Shown here: piece by piece, positions 52,150 to 64,000 of the stretch | How the letters are laid out: each line of letters opens with the position of its first letter | Numbering within the stretch: the stretch's first letter is position 1 | Source of the DNA: Nageia nagi | Lineage: Eukaryota > Plantae > Pinophyta | Reading direction: 5' to 3' | DNA: 64,000 nucleotides | NCBI GenBank assembly: GCA_050084985.1 | Contig: JBITNC010000001.1 | Coordinates: 17,360,001 to 17,424,000 of the forward strand | Notes under the pieces: model-generated | What the model was told of the DNA's origin: nothing | The model's input: the letters and a program-made list of their open reading frames with translations, nothing else | Database searches by the model: none | Program-made: the position numbers and the translations under genes

Positions 52150-54148
52150 TGGTAAATTGATAAGTAAGGCTAATGTATATTTCAATATTAGGTACTTTTT
52201 ATGGAAGTTAAATGGAAGGTACTATGATGTTTTTATTTTGGAAGGAACTCTTCTATTAGGTAGTCTTATGGTCCCATGTCCAATTTCTAAAATGAAATAT
52301 GTCTTTTTGCCTCTTGCACTATTCAACCATGAGTATAGCCATTCCATTGTGTCTGGTACTCAAGAATCTATCACACTTACATCTATGCCTAGAAATAGGG
52401 GAGGTTATCTTTTGTGCTATTGAAATTTTAATGTGCTACATGTCACTAGTAGCGTAGGAACAATGAGCATGCCACTAACGGTATTTTTTGTTATATTTTT
52501 TTATCCTTCATAATGTAAATACTTGCAAAAAGGTGTTATATATACCTTACATAAAAATATTATGGATACATAATGAGTTGCATCTTCCATTTATGATGAG
52601 TCAATGAGAGCAATCTACTTATGATTGCATCATCAGTTTATCTTTTAAGTGAGTGAACTCTCACTAGATGTATCATTGGCCATCGATGATCATACATTTT
52701 ATGTCTATGACCTAAATATATTATGCTTTGTATGGTTTAAATCAAAAATCATTTGGATACACAACAAGTTGCATCATTCATTGGGGCTGATCCAATGTCA
52801 ACATCTTGCTCATGGTTGCATCATCGGTTTAGCTTTTAAGTGAGTGAACTCTTAGTAGCCATATCATTGACCATCAACAACCTTGCATTTTATGTCCATG
52901 GTCTACAAACATTATATTTTCATCAATTTTTATCTTTTTCTCTCCTCTCTTGTTATTTTTTTACCTTATCCACACCACCAACATCGCATAAATAGTAATA
53001 TACATCGTTAGCTATGTGTGTTTAGTACTCTATTTTGAAAAACTAAAAAATGCATAATATAATACATGTACATTGCTCCATATTTTTAATGTGTTGCAAG
53101 GTATGAAGCGACTGCTCTCATGCATATAACTATTTAAGATGGATGGAATTTAAGGTTTTAGGTTCTCCTTTTCCATCAATAGATGATAACTTGTATGCCC
53201 CTGATCCTATTGCTTCCACAACAACATATGGCCCTAGCTAATTGGGTTCAAATTTATCTTTTACCTTGTCATTTGTTATTGTTTTGTTGATATTTTCTTT
53301 CAACACTAAATCTCTCATATTAAACTCTTTGGATTTTATCTTTTTACCAAATGTTCTCTTGAGTTTGGCATGATATACCTTTTGATGTTCAATGGCCCTA
53401 ATTCTCATTTCATCCAATAATTCTAACTATTGTAGCCTTGCTTTTCTTGCTTCCTCATAAAAAATTTCTCCTTGTAATGTGATTCTTAGTGATGGGTTAT
53501 CTAATTCTAATGGTACAATAGCTTCATCCCCATACACTAATGAAAAACATGTTTCCATAGTGGTTGTCCTAATGCTGATCTTGTATACCCATAATGCATA
53601 TGGAAGTTGTTCATGCCAATCCTTCTTATACTTATCCCAAGTTTTGGAAAGAATACTTTTAATGGTCTTGTCGGTAGCTTCAGCTTGACCATTTCCTTGA
53701 TGATAATAAATTAAAGAGAATGATTACTCAATATAAAATTTCTTACAAAAAGCTTTTATCTCTTTCCCTTTGAAATTTTATCCATTATCAATTAGCAACT
53801 TTTAAAGCACACCAAATTAGGTAATAATATTCTCAATAATGAAAGTAATAATCTTTTCTTTAAGTGATTGATTTCATAGGAATTGCTTCTACCCATTTAG
53901 TAGTAAATTTGGTAGCTATGATGACAAATTTATGCCCCTCCCTTGAATGAGGATTACTAATGTCAATCAAATCAATACCCCACATAGCAAATGGCCAACG
54001 TGAAATAATGGAGTGCAACTCTTGGGTAGGTTGCTTTTCTAATTGGCATGTTTTTGATATTGCAAGCAAGTTTTGAAATGATTCTTGCAATCTTCTTCCA
54101 TAGTGGGCCAATAATAACTAATTCTCATAATTTTAGTGTCTAAGGTGT
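52150..54148 (-). mobile_element. Fragment D: Ogre/Tat-type integrase plus 3' non-coding region
   Basis: YYWPTMEEDC, WPFAMWGIDLI...GHKFVIIATKFTTKWVEAIP and GSGAYKL...NSIHLK, stop at about 53118. The downstream 52250-52920 is homologous to 38660-39420, including the 191-bp repeat (52643, 52834). Confidence 0.8.
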
Positions 54149-54159
54149 CTTAAAATTTT

Positions 54160-57084
54160 AGAGAAGTTTAGGCATCTTAAAATTCAATAAAAGTTGCCCC
54201 TAGCACTTATTGTATTGGGTAATCAAGCCAAAACTAAGAGTCCCTATATAAGGTGAGTAGTTGATGGCAATCTTACTCACCTAGGAAGTACCTATAGAAT
54301 AAAACAACATATACCCATATAGACCACATCCATGAAAGAATAAACAATGTAAATAGCAAGGATGAAATAAATATAATATGCAGTATTTTACTATGGTCGA
54401 TGTGACTCATAGTGATATATAAATAATGATACATAGACTACTATGATAAACAACTCATTATCTATAAAGAGCAAGTGCATGGGTTCTTTGTAATGCCCCA
54501 AGCTTGCAATATCCATAATTTATAGACTACTATGATAGACAACTCATAGTCCATAAATATCTATTGAGTGACTCACAATGGTGATGTCCTATAATAATAT
54601 AATATTTTATCATGGGAATACGATGGCTATTAAACATTTGTCAATATATCAATGAACCAGTGTATTTAATTATTCATTGGTTATTCATTGTAACGTTTCA
54701 ATTTGCATAAATATTCAATGTAAATCCATGTCGTTAGCATTGTGGTATGCCTAAACTTTTATGATCATATTTTCAACAAGATTGATCCTTGTCCATAAAA
54801 GCAACTCAAATGCATGAAGAAACCATATACATGGGTGAATATTCAACAAAATTACAACATGCCCCAACATGATAGGATTTATAGCAATTATATGTTGTTG
54901 GTAACATGAACTTTTCAATTTCCAGTGCTCAAATTTGAGATATATTCAATTGAAAACCTTCTATATCACATTACTTCAATTTATGAAGAAGAATATTATT
55001 CCATATAATCATAATATTTTTAGAGAAAATATGACATAGCAATACTTATCTAGATTTGCAACTTGCATTTTCAATCCATATAATATTCCAATAATCATCT
55101 CTATGAATCATAAACAATATGAAAGGTTTACAATTATTTAAAAGATCACACGATATTTTCATATTAATGTTGTTGGTTGTGCAAAAAAGGATGCAAAATG
55201 TTTCAAAATCAAAGGTATCTTCAATTGAAATTGAAATAAACATTTTTGATTGGGAATGAAATGCAAGAAATAGATAAATTTGAAGATGAAAATTTGAAGT
55301 GCAATTTAAATATATAAAACTTTGTGAATAAAAATTAATCATGTAGAGAAAGTGTATAAGTTCACTAATTATTCAATAAAATGTATTATAACAATAATTG
55401 AAATAGTACATTTACAAGTTTTGCTAATTTTTTCTATTTCATGTCGTTGGTGGTGTACATTTAATAGGAAAATTTTAAATAATGCAATGGTTACAATTTC
55501 CACCAATAGATGAGTGGTAGGTACTGAAAAGAAATGTATCTACCCTTATAAAGCATTTATCTCTAAATGCACACTTAAATCAAATAAATGGATGTCACTG
55601 GTGACGTGAAAACAATAGTAAAAGTTTTTGAAAAAGAAATGGCAGGCATTTAAAATAATTTAATGCACAATGAACACATAAAGTAATGATTTAGGGCATT
55701 AACAAGAGCAAAGGATGAAGCCCTAGGTTTTCAATGCAATTTAGAAAATATAAAAGAGAAATTTGATTTAAAAAGTGTCATTTTAACTTTTCATCCCCTC
55801 TAACTTAGCGCTCTGATTTCCTTATTTCCTAACGAAGCCTTGCCTATGTGTTGACTTGCCTTATAGCCATGTGTGATTGGTTCTGAGCATGATTTACTTG
55901 GTTGGATGTTGTTTTCTCTTATCTATCATTGTGTACACTCATTTTTCATTATTTTACATATCATTTTGATTTTCTAGATGGTAGACGAGGCATGGAGGGC
56001 ATTTGGACACCCCATTACTAGTCGAAGGGTCCATATAGCAGAGTATGTCTACTTTCTTCTATTGACCATGCTATAAGCAGCTTCTCTCACATTTTCATTT
56101 GATAAATTCATAGGTTTTAGTCTATTTAAGTTTATTAATTTGATATATTAGTTTGGTAAAGGATGTTTTTAATTAGTTTAAATTTATTTCCTTGCAGGAA
56201 TGTAAGGTTCTCATATGGGGAGGAACAACGACCATAGCCACCTTAGAGAAGATGAGGGGTTGGTCTAGAACCAACCACATTGATGATATCCTATCCCACT
56301 ATAGGTTAGCAGATCTAGCCATCATTGGGCATGTGCAGTAGGACTTGCCACTATTGATAGCATTGGCAGAGAGATGGGACCTAGACTGTTGTTCATTTTA
56401 CCAAAATGTAGACTCTAAATTGTGCAAAATACGAATAAACATAATTAAATAAATGTTCTACAATATATAATAAACATTATATCATATCATAGTAGATATA
56501 CATGAAAAGTGTGTACCTAATATGAAGCATGTGTACAATCCTCAAAAGCATATAGCAATGAGTCTCTAGATGATTACGATTAGACTTGAGATGAGCTCAT
56601 AATGAATATTTGCTAGAAAGAAATCATGATCCATCATCTAAAATCTGGACCTCCTAATCTAGAAAGTGCATGTCATTGGTTTTGTAGAAGTGGCACACCA
56701 CTAACGGTGTAGGAATTCTTGTTTCATGTTGTGTGCAAGAGAGAGATAGTTCAAAGCTAGCATCAAGAGACATCATTGGTTCAATGTTTAGGACAACCAC
56801 CTATCAGAGAGATCTGATAGGGATGTCAACCTTCACCTCTTATATTTATAACCTACAAGGAAATAGAAAGGAGTGAGATCAACATATAGCAATAATAATA
56901 ATCATTTCAATATTCAAGATAACTTAAAATATAAACCATGGTATATGATATTACATTGGCCCTAGCACATGGTATTGCAATATAATAGCATTTTATCTTA
57001 ATTTATACATTATTATTTTTTAATAATTTAATGCACTAAATATAATTTATTAAATAAATAATAAATCATTTTTAGGCATCTACA
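54160..57084 (-). mobile_element. Element C: internally deleted member of the gag/PMD family
   Basis: LTR 56407-57084 (TGTAGA..TCTACA) with an adjacent PBS remnant. Non-coding region is homologous to A (39770-40170) and, inverted, to B (57090-57400). Carries the 5' part of the PMD gene. Confidence 0.7.
55978..56402 (+). pseudogene. PMD gene copy C (5' fragment)
   Basis: TATAAAAG at 55749; exon 1 55978-56072; acceptor cttgcAG|GAATGT at 56197; ECKVLIWGG...DLPLLIALAERWD, then breaks off. Confidence 0.8.
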
Positions 57085-58761
57085 TTTATTCCATGAGCAA
57101 AATCTCTCACAAATTGTAGGTTATTCCAAGCTTGGGGCATAAAAAGATCCCATCAGGTTGATAATCATGGTTTAATAGAACTATGTATCTTAATGACCAT
57201 AGTAATATAATGGAAATTATATTTATTTCATCATTGCTCTTTAAATTGATTATTCTTTCATTAGATATGATCTATGTGGGTATTATGATGGATTTTTCTC
57301 AAAAAGGTATTATCTAGGAGAGTAGGACCCAAATAGAGATACTCTCCTCATACAAGGATTCCAATTTTTGGCTTGATTCTCTAAAGAACCTAGAGCAAAG
57401 GGAAATACAATACCAAAAGGAGGAAGAAAATATATCATACTTGGCATATCAATTGAAAAAGGGAAGTCCACTTTAATATTGAAAATCTTCTTCTCTTCTC
57501 TAAACTTCTTTGGATTATGCAATTTCAATGCTTTTCATTTCACATCCAAAGAGGGAAAAAATATAGATGCCTAAAAATGATTTATTATGTATTTAATACA
57601 TCATATTTAGACTTCCTAAATGACTTATTTCAATATTACAAATATCAAGATAAAGTTGATAATTCAATATGTTAGGGTCAATGCAATGTCATATGTTATG
57701 GTTCATATTTCAATTTATCTAAAATACAACAATGTTTTATATTATTGCTAGAGGTTTTCCTTCACTCCTTTCCATATCTTTGCAAGCTATATATGTGAGT
57801 GGAATAGGTTGACCTCCATAGATCAAAACTCTTTGATATGATAGGATCTTTGATAGGTGGTTTTCTCCTGTAATATTCATCAAATAATGGTGTCTTTAGA
57901 TGCCACCTATTATGAGAAATTATTATATTCTAACCTTTGAAACTTTTTATCTTTTACACACTCCATAATTCTTCATATTGAATGTTGTTAATCATGTGCA
58001 TCTTGAGAATACAGGATTTTAGATTTTGATGGTAGAGAATATTGATCTAAGCATTAAAAAATCCATTATAAGCTTGCCTCCAATCCAATCCCAATCCTTT
58101 GAATATCCATTGTCATTTGCTTTTGAGTATTACACATACACTTCATATCATGTGCATGGTTTTCATGTATATTTTTTGTAGATGATATAGTGTACATATA
58201 AAGCTCTTTTTAGATTGTAGATCATTTTATTTATTTTTATATGAGCATTTTACACAATTTAGGGTCTACACAAAGTTTGTCTAGAAAATTACCTAGTCGC
58301 ATTATGGTGATCTCGAAATGACTTGTTGATTTCATCTCTTTTGATTTCCTGGTATCTAATGTATTTTTATTTACCTTAGGCTTGATAATGTTATTACCTT
58401 CAAACATCTAACTTGTAATATTATTTTCCTTGCTTTGAGCTTGTTATCATCATCATCACTCATTGGCACCCATTGATCCTTAATGACCTTCATCGAGAGC
58501 TTCTCATACCTTACTAATGCTTTACAAATATTAAGCTAACATCACCTACCTTTGGTGCTTGGTGATCTATGTTATTCAACTTACCTTCATTGTGGTTGAT
58601 ATAATCACTTATTTGGGCTATGAAATTGAAATGTATTACCTTTTTCATGGCTTCTTGAGTATTCGATCTACCTTTGTTGATGTCATCACCCTCTATTTGC
58701 CTATTGTTCAGTGTTATTCACCTTACCTATGTTGATGAAATATCCATATGGTTGTTTGGTA

Positions 58762-59073
58762 AAATTATGGTATAAAGGGGTTCCCAAGGGAACATCATGG
58801 TGGTAAAGTGATTCAAATTAGTGAGAGGAGGTCAAAGTTCAAATCCCCTTGATGGATCCTTGGTGGTGCTATGTGGATATAGTTTGGATGCATTTCAAAT
58901 GTATTATGACCAATTTATGGGGCCCAAATAAAAACCATCATGTAAAAATTTCCATTTGGGAAAAGAACCCATGATTTACCCAAGTGTGATTTGAGGGTAG
59001 GATCGTAGCTCCAAGAGAATTAGTGGCTTCAGCTGAGACCTCTCGTTATTAAAAATAAATTATGATATAAAGG
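58762..59073 (+). mobile_element. tRNA-derived SINE with TSD
   Basis: 17-bp direct repeat AAATTATG(G/A)TATAAAGG at 58762-58778 and 59057-59073. A-box-like TGGTGGTAAAGTG, B-box-like AGTTCAAATCC (about 58836) and an A-rich tail. Confidence 0.75.
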
Positions 59074-60345
59074 TGGAGGCTCAAGTAACCCACACATTCA
59101 ATATAAGCCTACAAAAATAAGTTATAATCATATTTCATGATAAAGTTTTGGACATCAAACTCCTCATGAGCCAATATATAATGCATCAATTTTTCTCTCC
59201 TTTGTTCTATTGGAAAGGTATGCAAAGGGATCTCTAATTGAATTAGTTCTTGCATTATAATCTTATTCTAATTATAATTTTCTTCATTACTATTATGCAA
59301 ATATATTTGATCATTTTCTATATTTTGGACTTGTTATTTTTCATTCTCATTTTTTGATTTGGTATTTCTAGTTCATCCTCTTTTGTATCTCCATAGTAAT
59401 ACTATGTATGGATATTTACATAAGATTTATTAATAAAATCATCTATTCTAATCCTAACAATATCATGGTCATAATTATCATCACTTTTCTGATTTTCTTT
59501 AAAAGGTTCTAATATTACACTATCTAACTCTTGGTTAATTGTCTTACTAGCTAACTTTGCACTCTTCAATTTTGGTATTCTTGTAATAATACTCTTTTTT
59601 TATTTTTCTTTGATCCCATTTTTTGTTATTCCTCTATGACAGACTCTTTTGAATGGTCACATTCCAAATTTTATTTATACTACCTATTATGACCTCTAGG
59701 ATTTGACAAAGTCATTTAAGAAAAGATCTAGTTTTCGAAATTTTGAATATAGAAACTTGGGTTCACCAACATTCCTAGAGATTTTAGAAAAAAATAAAAA
59801 TATAGAGTTTACCAAAAATATATATAAAATAAATTTAATTTAGAATATTATAATTAACAAAATACTTATTTATCTAATAATGGAAACTAGATATAAAAAG
59901 ATAAATAGAGATAACAATTTGGCATACTTTTGGAATTAGGGCACACGAGAGATCTATGATAAATATTAACATAGAGACATAATAATCCTAGATCTAGTAT
60001 ATAATCACATGAAATGTGAAAAATAATACATTTAATTTGGATCAATTTAACACCTTAGTGAAGCTTTCAAACCTCTCCCATATGGTTCATGCAAACTAGA
60101 GATTTGGAGGGGTTTTGATGTTTGTCTCATATATTTTAGGGGGTTAGGACCATCCTTGATGATGAGTAAGATATTCTTGCATTTTAGTGAATAAAAATAT
60201 ATAATAGATATATAATTCTTTTAGCATCCATTTAAACCCATAATTGGTTTGTAGGATCTATCAAAGTTTGTTCATAAGTAGATATTTTTTAATTAAGTAT
60301 TTGAATGATTGTTTTTCATATAATTAATTTGTATAATAAAATTAC

Positions 60346-63300
60346 TATAATATTCCAAAATTAAGGTGTTCCATTTTTCATACCATTTTAAAATGAGATG
60401 TTCCTCTTCATCATGAATTTTAGTATTTAGTGTGAATTTTGTATTTTTGTAATAGTATGGTATCAATGAGACACAATAATATATAAATTTGACCCTATGA
60501 TGATGTGTGCCTCACTCTTGGATGCAAAAATTAGAAATTTATCATCCTAAGGTGGACATCCCTCTTCTAGGAGTAATAAAGTAATTTTTAATTAATTTAG
60601 GAGTCTTCTATATTTTAATACTAGGCATGGGTCATATTTGAAACTTGAGGATCTAATTTGACCCTTCAAGAGTGGATGCCCATTTAGTAAGTTTATTTAT
60701 AATTTTTAGGAGTGATTTTATAGTTCTAGGTTGGATCATCCAACCAAAAGATAAATTATGACTTCTCCTAACTCACTATAAAAGGATTTGGGCACATCAT
60801 TTGGAGGATATCTATCATTTATCTTTTATCAAATAAACCCCCTTTTTGAAGCACTCGACTAGATCAATTGTTTCTATTACCTCTTGTGGATGAAGATCTT
60901 CAAGAGAGTCACCATCTTGTGAATGTAACCGTTCAAGGTCAAAATAGGCCTTGGAACCTTCTAAATTAGAAACTTATCCTTAGAAGCCCTCGTCCATTTT
61001 GAGTAAATATCTATCTAGTTCATTTAAATTTGAAGGTGGAGAAAGGATCCTAGAATTCCATCATTTCTCTAGGAGTGATATGTAAGGCTTAAGGAGATAA
61101 TTCTATGTTATTTTGAAGACTTAAAAGTGGTGTTCATAACTCCCTAGTGAGATCTCAACCTTTTGGAGTAATTTTGAGCTCCTCAAGAATTTAATCTTAT
61201 TTTGTATCTAAAATTTGAGATATTTACCATTATTACATATTTTTCATGTCTCATTTTCTCATCTCAATTTTAGAATATTTTTACATTAGTTTGTTACTTG
61301 GATTATTTTACCCCAATTTTCAGTATTTGAGCACTTGCATACTTTATTCTAATTTTATGAGAAATTTGGTAACTTATTTAAGTTAATTTAATATTTAGTA
61401 TAAGTTAGGGCATAATTTGGTAATTTTGAAAATTTACTTAAGTTTCGAGTAATAAGGATAATCTGAATTTCACTATTTTATTATAAATCTTGCTTATCCT
61501 AGTTTGGAATATTATAATGGTATCAAATCCTTGATCTTTCTAGCCTATTGGAGAAATAGATTGAAATTTTGTACATCAAAAAAATAGTTGGGGCATGATT
61601 GATATTTAAGGAGGCCTATTCAGCCCTAAGGGTTGATCATTGTAGATTTAGTGATATGTTTTGTAGTTTAAGGTAGTTCATTGGGTTTGGAGAAGTTTGT
61701 ACAAGCTTGAGGGCCTCCTTGTGTGTCTTAGATCCAATTCCAACATACCTTAGGAGTGATATCTAGACATAGAAGAGCTCATCATATTTTTGAGACACTT
61801 ATAAAATCATCTTTTGAGGTTCATTTGGTCCAAGAAGAGGTCATCCAAAATTTGAGTAATATCTTTTACACTATTTCAAGTTTTTGAGGAATAATTGGAT
61901 ATCATTTCAAGTTTCAAAGTCACAAGATGAGATTGTCTAATTTCAGACATATTTAGCATCACTTTCAACATCCAGATAGTTGAGGATAGGTCACCTAAAT
62001 TTTAGGAGACACATTTTTCAATTTAAATGGTATCAATCTACATTTTCATTTCCAATGGTATCATTAGAATTATCAAATTTATGGTTGTGCATTCAAATTT
62101 AAGGAATTGGAGGAAGATAATCTTATGAATTGTGATATTCAACAAATATACTAAAGGAGAAATATGTTAAATTAGGGAGAGAGAAAGTTGTATTCCTTTA
62201 TGGAAATAATGGAATGTTTGATGAGAAAGCTTGATGAGGGGTTTCTAAGAAGATACCCTACTCTTGGTAGTGAAAGATCAGTCCAATATTCCCATGTGTC
62301 ATTACCATGACCTTCTAGGCCCATGTTTACTCAAAGGGATGTACCAGATATAGTAGACATTGATGAACTATTCCAACAATATTTGGAAAAGTATGAAGAG
62401 TTTGAACAAATGGTAAATTTTCAAATATTTATGTAGACAAATCATATGATAAGAAGGAATTACAATAGAAAATGCAAAATGCCTATGTTCTATGGAGGAG
62501 AGAAGATCTAAACTAAGTCTTAGTTATAAAAACTCCAAATATATTTTTTCTTAACCCCATTTATAAGGATAAAGAATTTTAGTTTGCATCTCTTTATTTG
62601 GGAAGGACAACCTATGATTGGTGGAATCATAAACTTAATACTTGATGTCATAGTGAGATTCATACTTTTGATAAGTTTAATAGAAGAGTTTTGGATCAGT
62701 TTGAGTAAAAAGACAAAGAATAATATTTTAGGGAATTGACTACTCTAAAATAAACCACCACATTCAATGCTTACATCAAAGAATTTTAAAAAATGGTAGT
62801 CATGGTTGCTCACATTTCATAAAAGAGATTAGTGTTCCTCTTCATATAAGGCTTTCTTGATCCAATAAGAGGATTTGTAAAAACCTTTGAGCCACCTTTA
62901 ATTCAAGTTGCTACTATAAGAGCACTTTTATTTAAAACTTATATACCCTCTAATTTGCATAGACCTAATACTTTGGGATCATCATCATGAAGAGGAAAAG
63001 GGGATGGAAAGGCAATTTCCTACCCATCAAAAGTTATTATGACATCAATACCATCGATTAAGAAGATCGATGATGCAATATGGAATGAGCTACGAAGGAA
63101 GAAGTTATGTTTTACTTGTAAGAATCCTTGGTAACTGAGTCATCATTATCAAAGAAGGGTACAACACTATTATGTTGAATCCATTGAGGAATATTTTGGT
63201 GACAAGATGGATGACATGAAATTAGATGAGTGACAACATGAAGTTAGAGATACCGAAGGAATAATTTCCACATTAAAAGAAACATCTCAATACCTCACTA

Positions 63301-64000
63301 TTAAAGTCAAAGGAGAAATAGACAAAGACATGGTGGTAATATTAATCGAGTGTGGAGCAACCCATAACTTTATTAATGAAGGGATCATTAAGAAGAAGAA
63401 TCTTAAAGCTACAAAATTTATAGGATTCCACATGGCCACTAGATATGAACAAATTTTTCCATGCAACAAGGTAATTTAAAAACTAAGGGTACAATGGTTG
63501 TACTCACTAGGATAAATTACCTCCAACTATAAAAATTTAGAAATGAAGTCAAAGTTCAAGGATGTTATGTAATCTTGAAAGGCATGAAGGAGAATGCACC
63601 CCAAAGTACCATGGTTAGAAGTATGGAAATAAATCCTTTCATGATAAAAGGAACAACTTGCATCTTTGAATATTGTAATAAAAATATAAGCACTTTGGAA
63701 GATTTTGAAGATACCTTTTCAATCCTAGGTAGCCCAAGGGATACATTATCAATTTAGGTTAATGATAGTGAGAAACTTGCAAGCATGTGTATGGACATGA
63801 TTTAATCTTTTATAGAGAAACCAATTATGGGATAATAACATAAGGAAGTATGGAGCATGAATTCATCCTTTGAATATCCCTATGACTATGGAGCATTAGG
63901 AATGATATTTTCTAACTCACATGAGTAGTATATTTCATATATACTTTAGTGAACATGGTACTTCACACTATAGCATACAGGACCCTTGAAGATTTGAAGA
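60346..64000 (+). mobile_element. Ty3/gypsy element 5' part (LTR, tRNA-Met PBS, gag, protease), running to the window end
   Basis: LTR 60346-61516 with 14-bp inverted termini and TATA at 60776; PBS TGGTATCAAATCC at 61518; gag KMPMFYG..DWW, knuckle LCFTCKNPW, protease VILIECGATHNFI. No RT recognised before 64000. Confidence 0.8.

Larger units (their letters stand above)
44715..58270 (+). mobile_element. Element B: gag-only LTR element with antisense PMD gene, containing nested fragments
   Basis: 5' LTR 44715-45316 (about 130 bp missing at its start) is clearly homologous to the 3' LTR 57562-58270. PBS at 45320; PPT AAAGAGGGAAAAAA at 57548-57561; gag on +, PMD on -. Confidence 0.8.

Noticed and set aside
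58779-58860. tRNA gene
   Set aside because: Only degenerate A/B boxes and no cloverleaf; the TSD and A-tail indicate a SINE.
63500-64000. Last element as a gag-protease-only non-autonomous type
   Set aside because: The window ends too soon to exclude a downstream RT or an insertion.

Overview
AT-rich, strongly CpG-depleted plant nuclear DNA. A gymnosperm source is inferred from the retroelement types. There is one apparently intact host gene: a two-exon tandem Agenet/Tudor protein (3358-3834 + 6763-7191, about 301 aa). Its intron carries a TSD-flanked poly(A) retro-insertion and a frameshifted duplicate of the end of exon 1. The rest is nested, decayed transposons: (i) a ~13.5 kb Tat-type Ty3/gypsy element with an extra RNase H between protease and RT, a ~3.5 kb extra 3' ORF and 111-bp arrays in its LTRs; (ii) a gag-only Ogre-like element holding a chromovirus, which itself holds a TIR element; (iii) a scrambled mosaic of PPR gene fragments; (iv) three related LTR elements (A, B, C) carrying an antisense, intron-containing Plant Mobile Domain (PMD) gene, where A and B have gag but no pol and B has a tRNA-Trp primer site; (v) an Ogre integrase fragment sharing 3' cis repeats with A; (vi) a tRNA-derived SINE; (vii) the 5' part of another gypsy element. 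The gag + antisense spliced PMD elements are the best candidate for an undescribed system. All calls are by eye; no searches were run, and boundaries of decayed elements are approximate.
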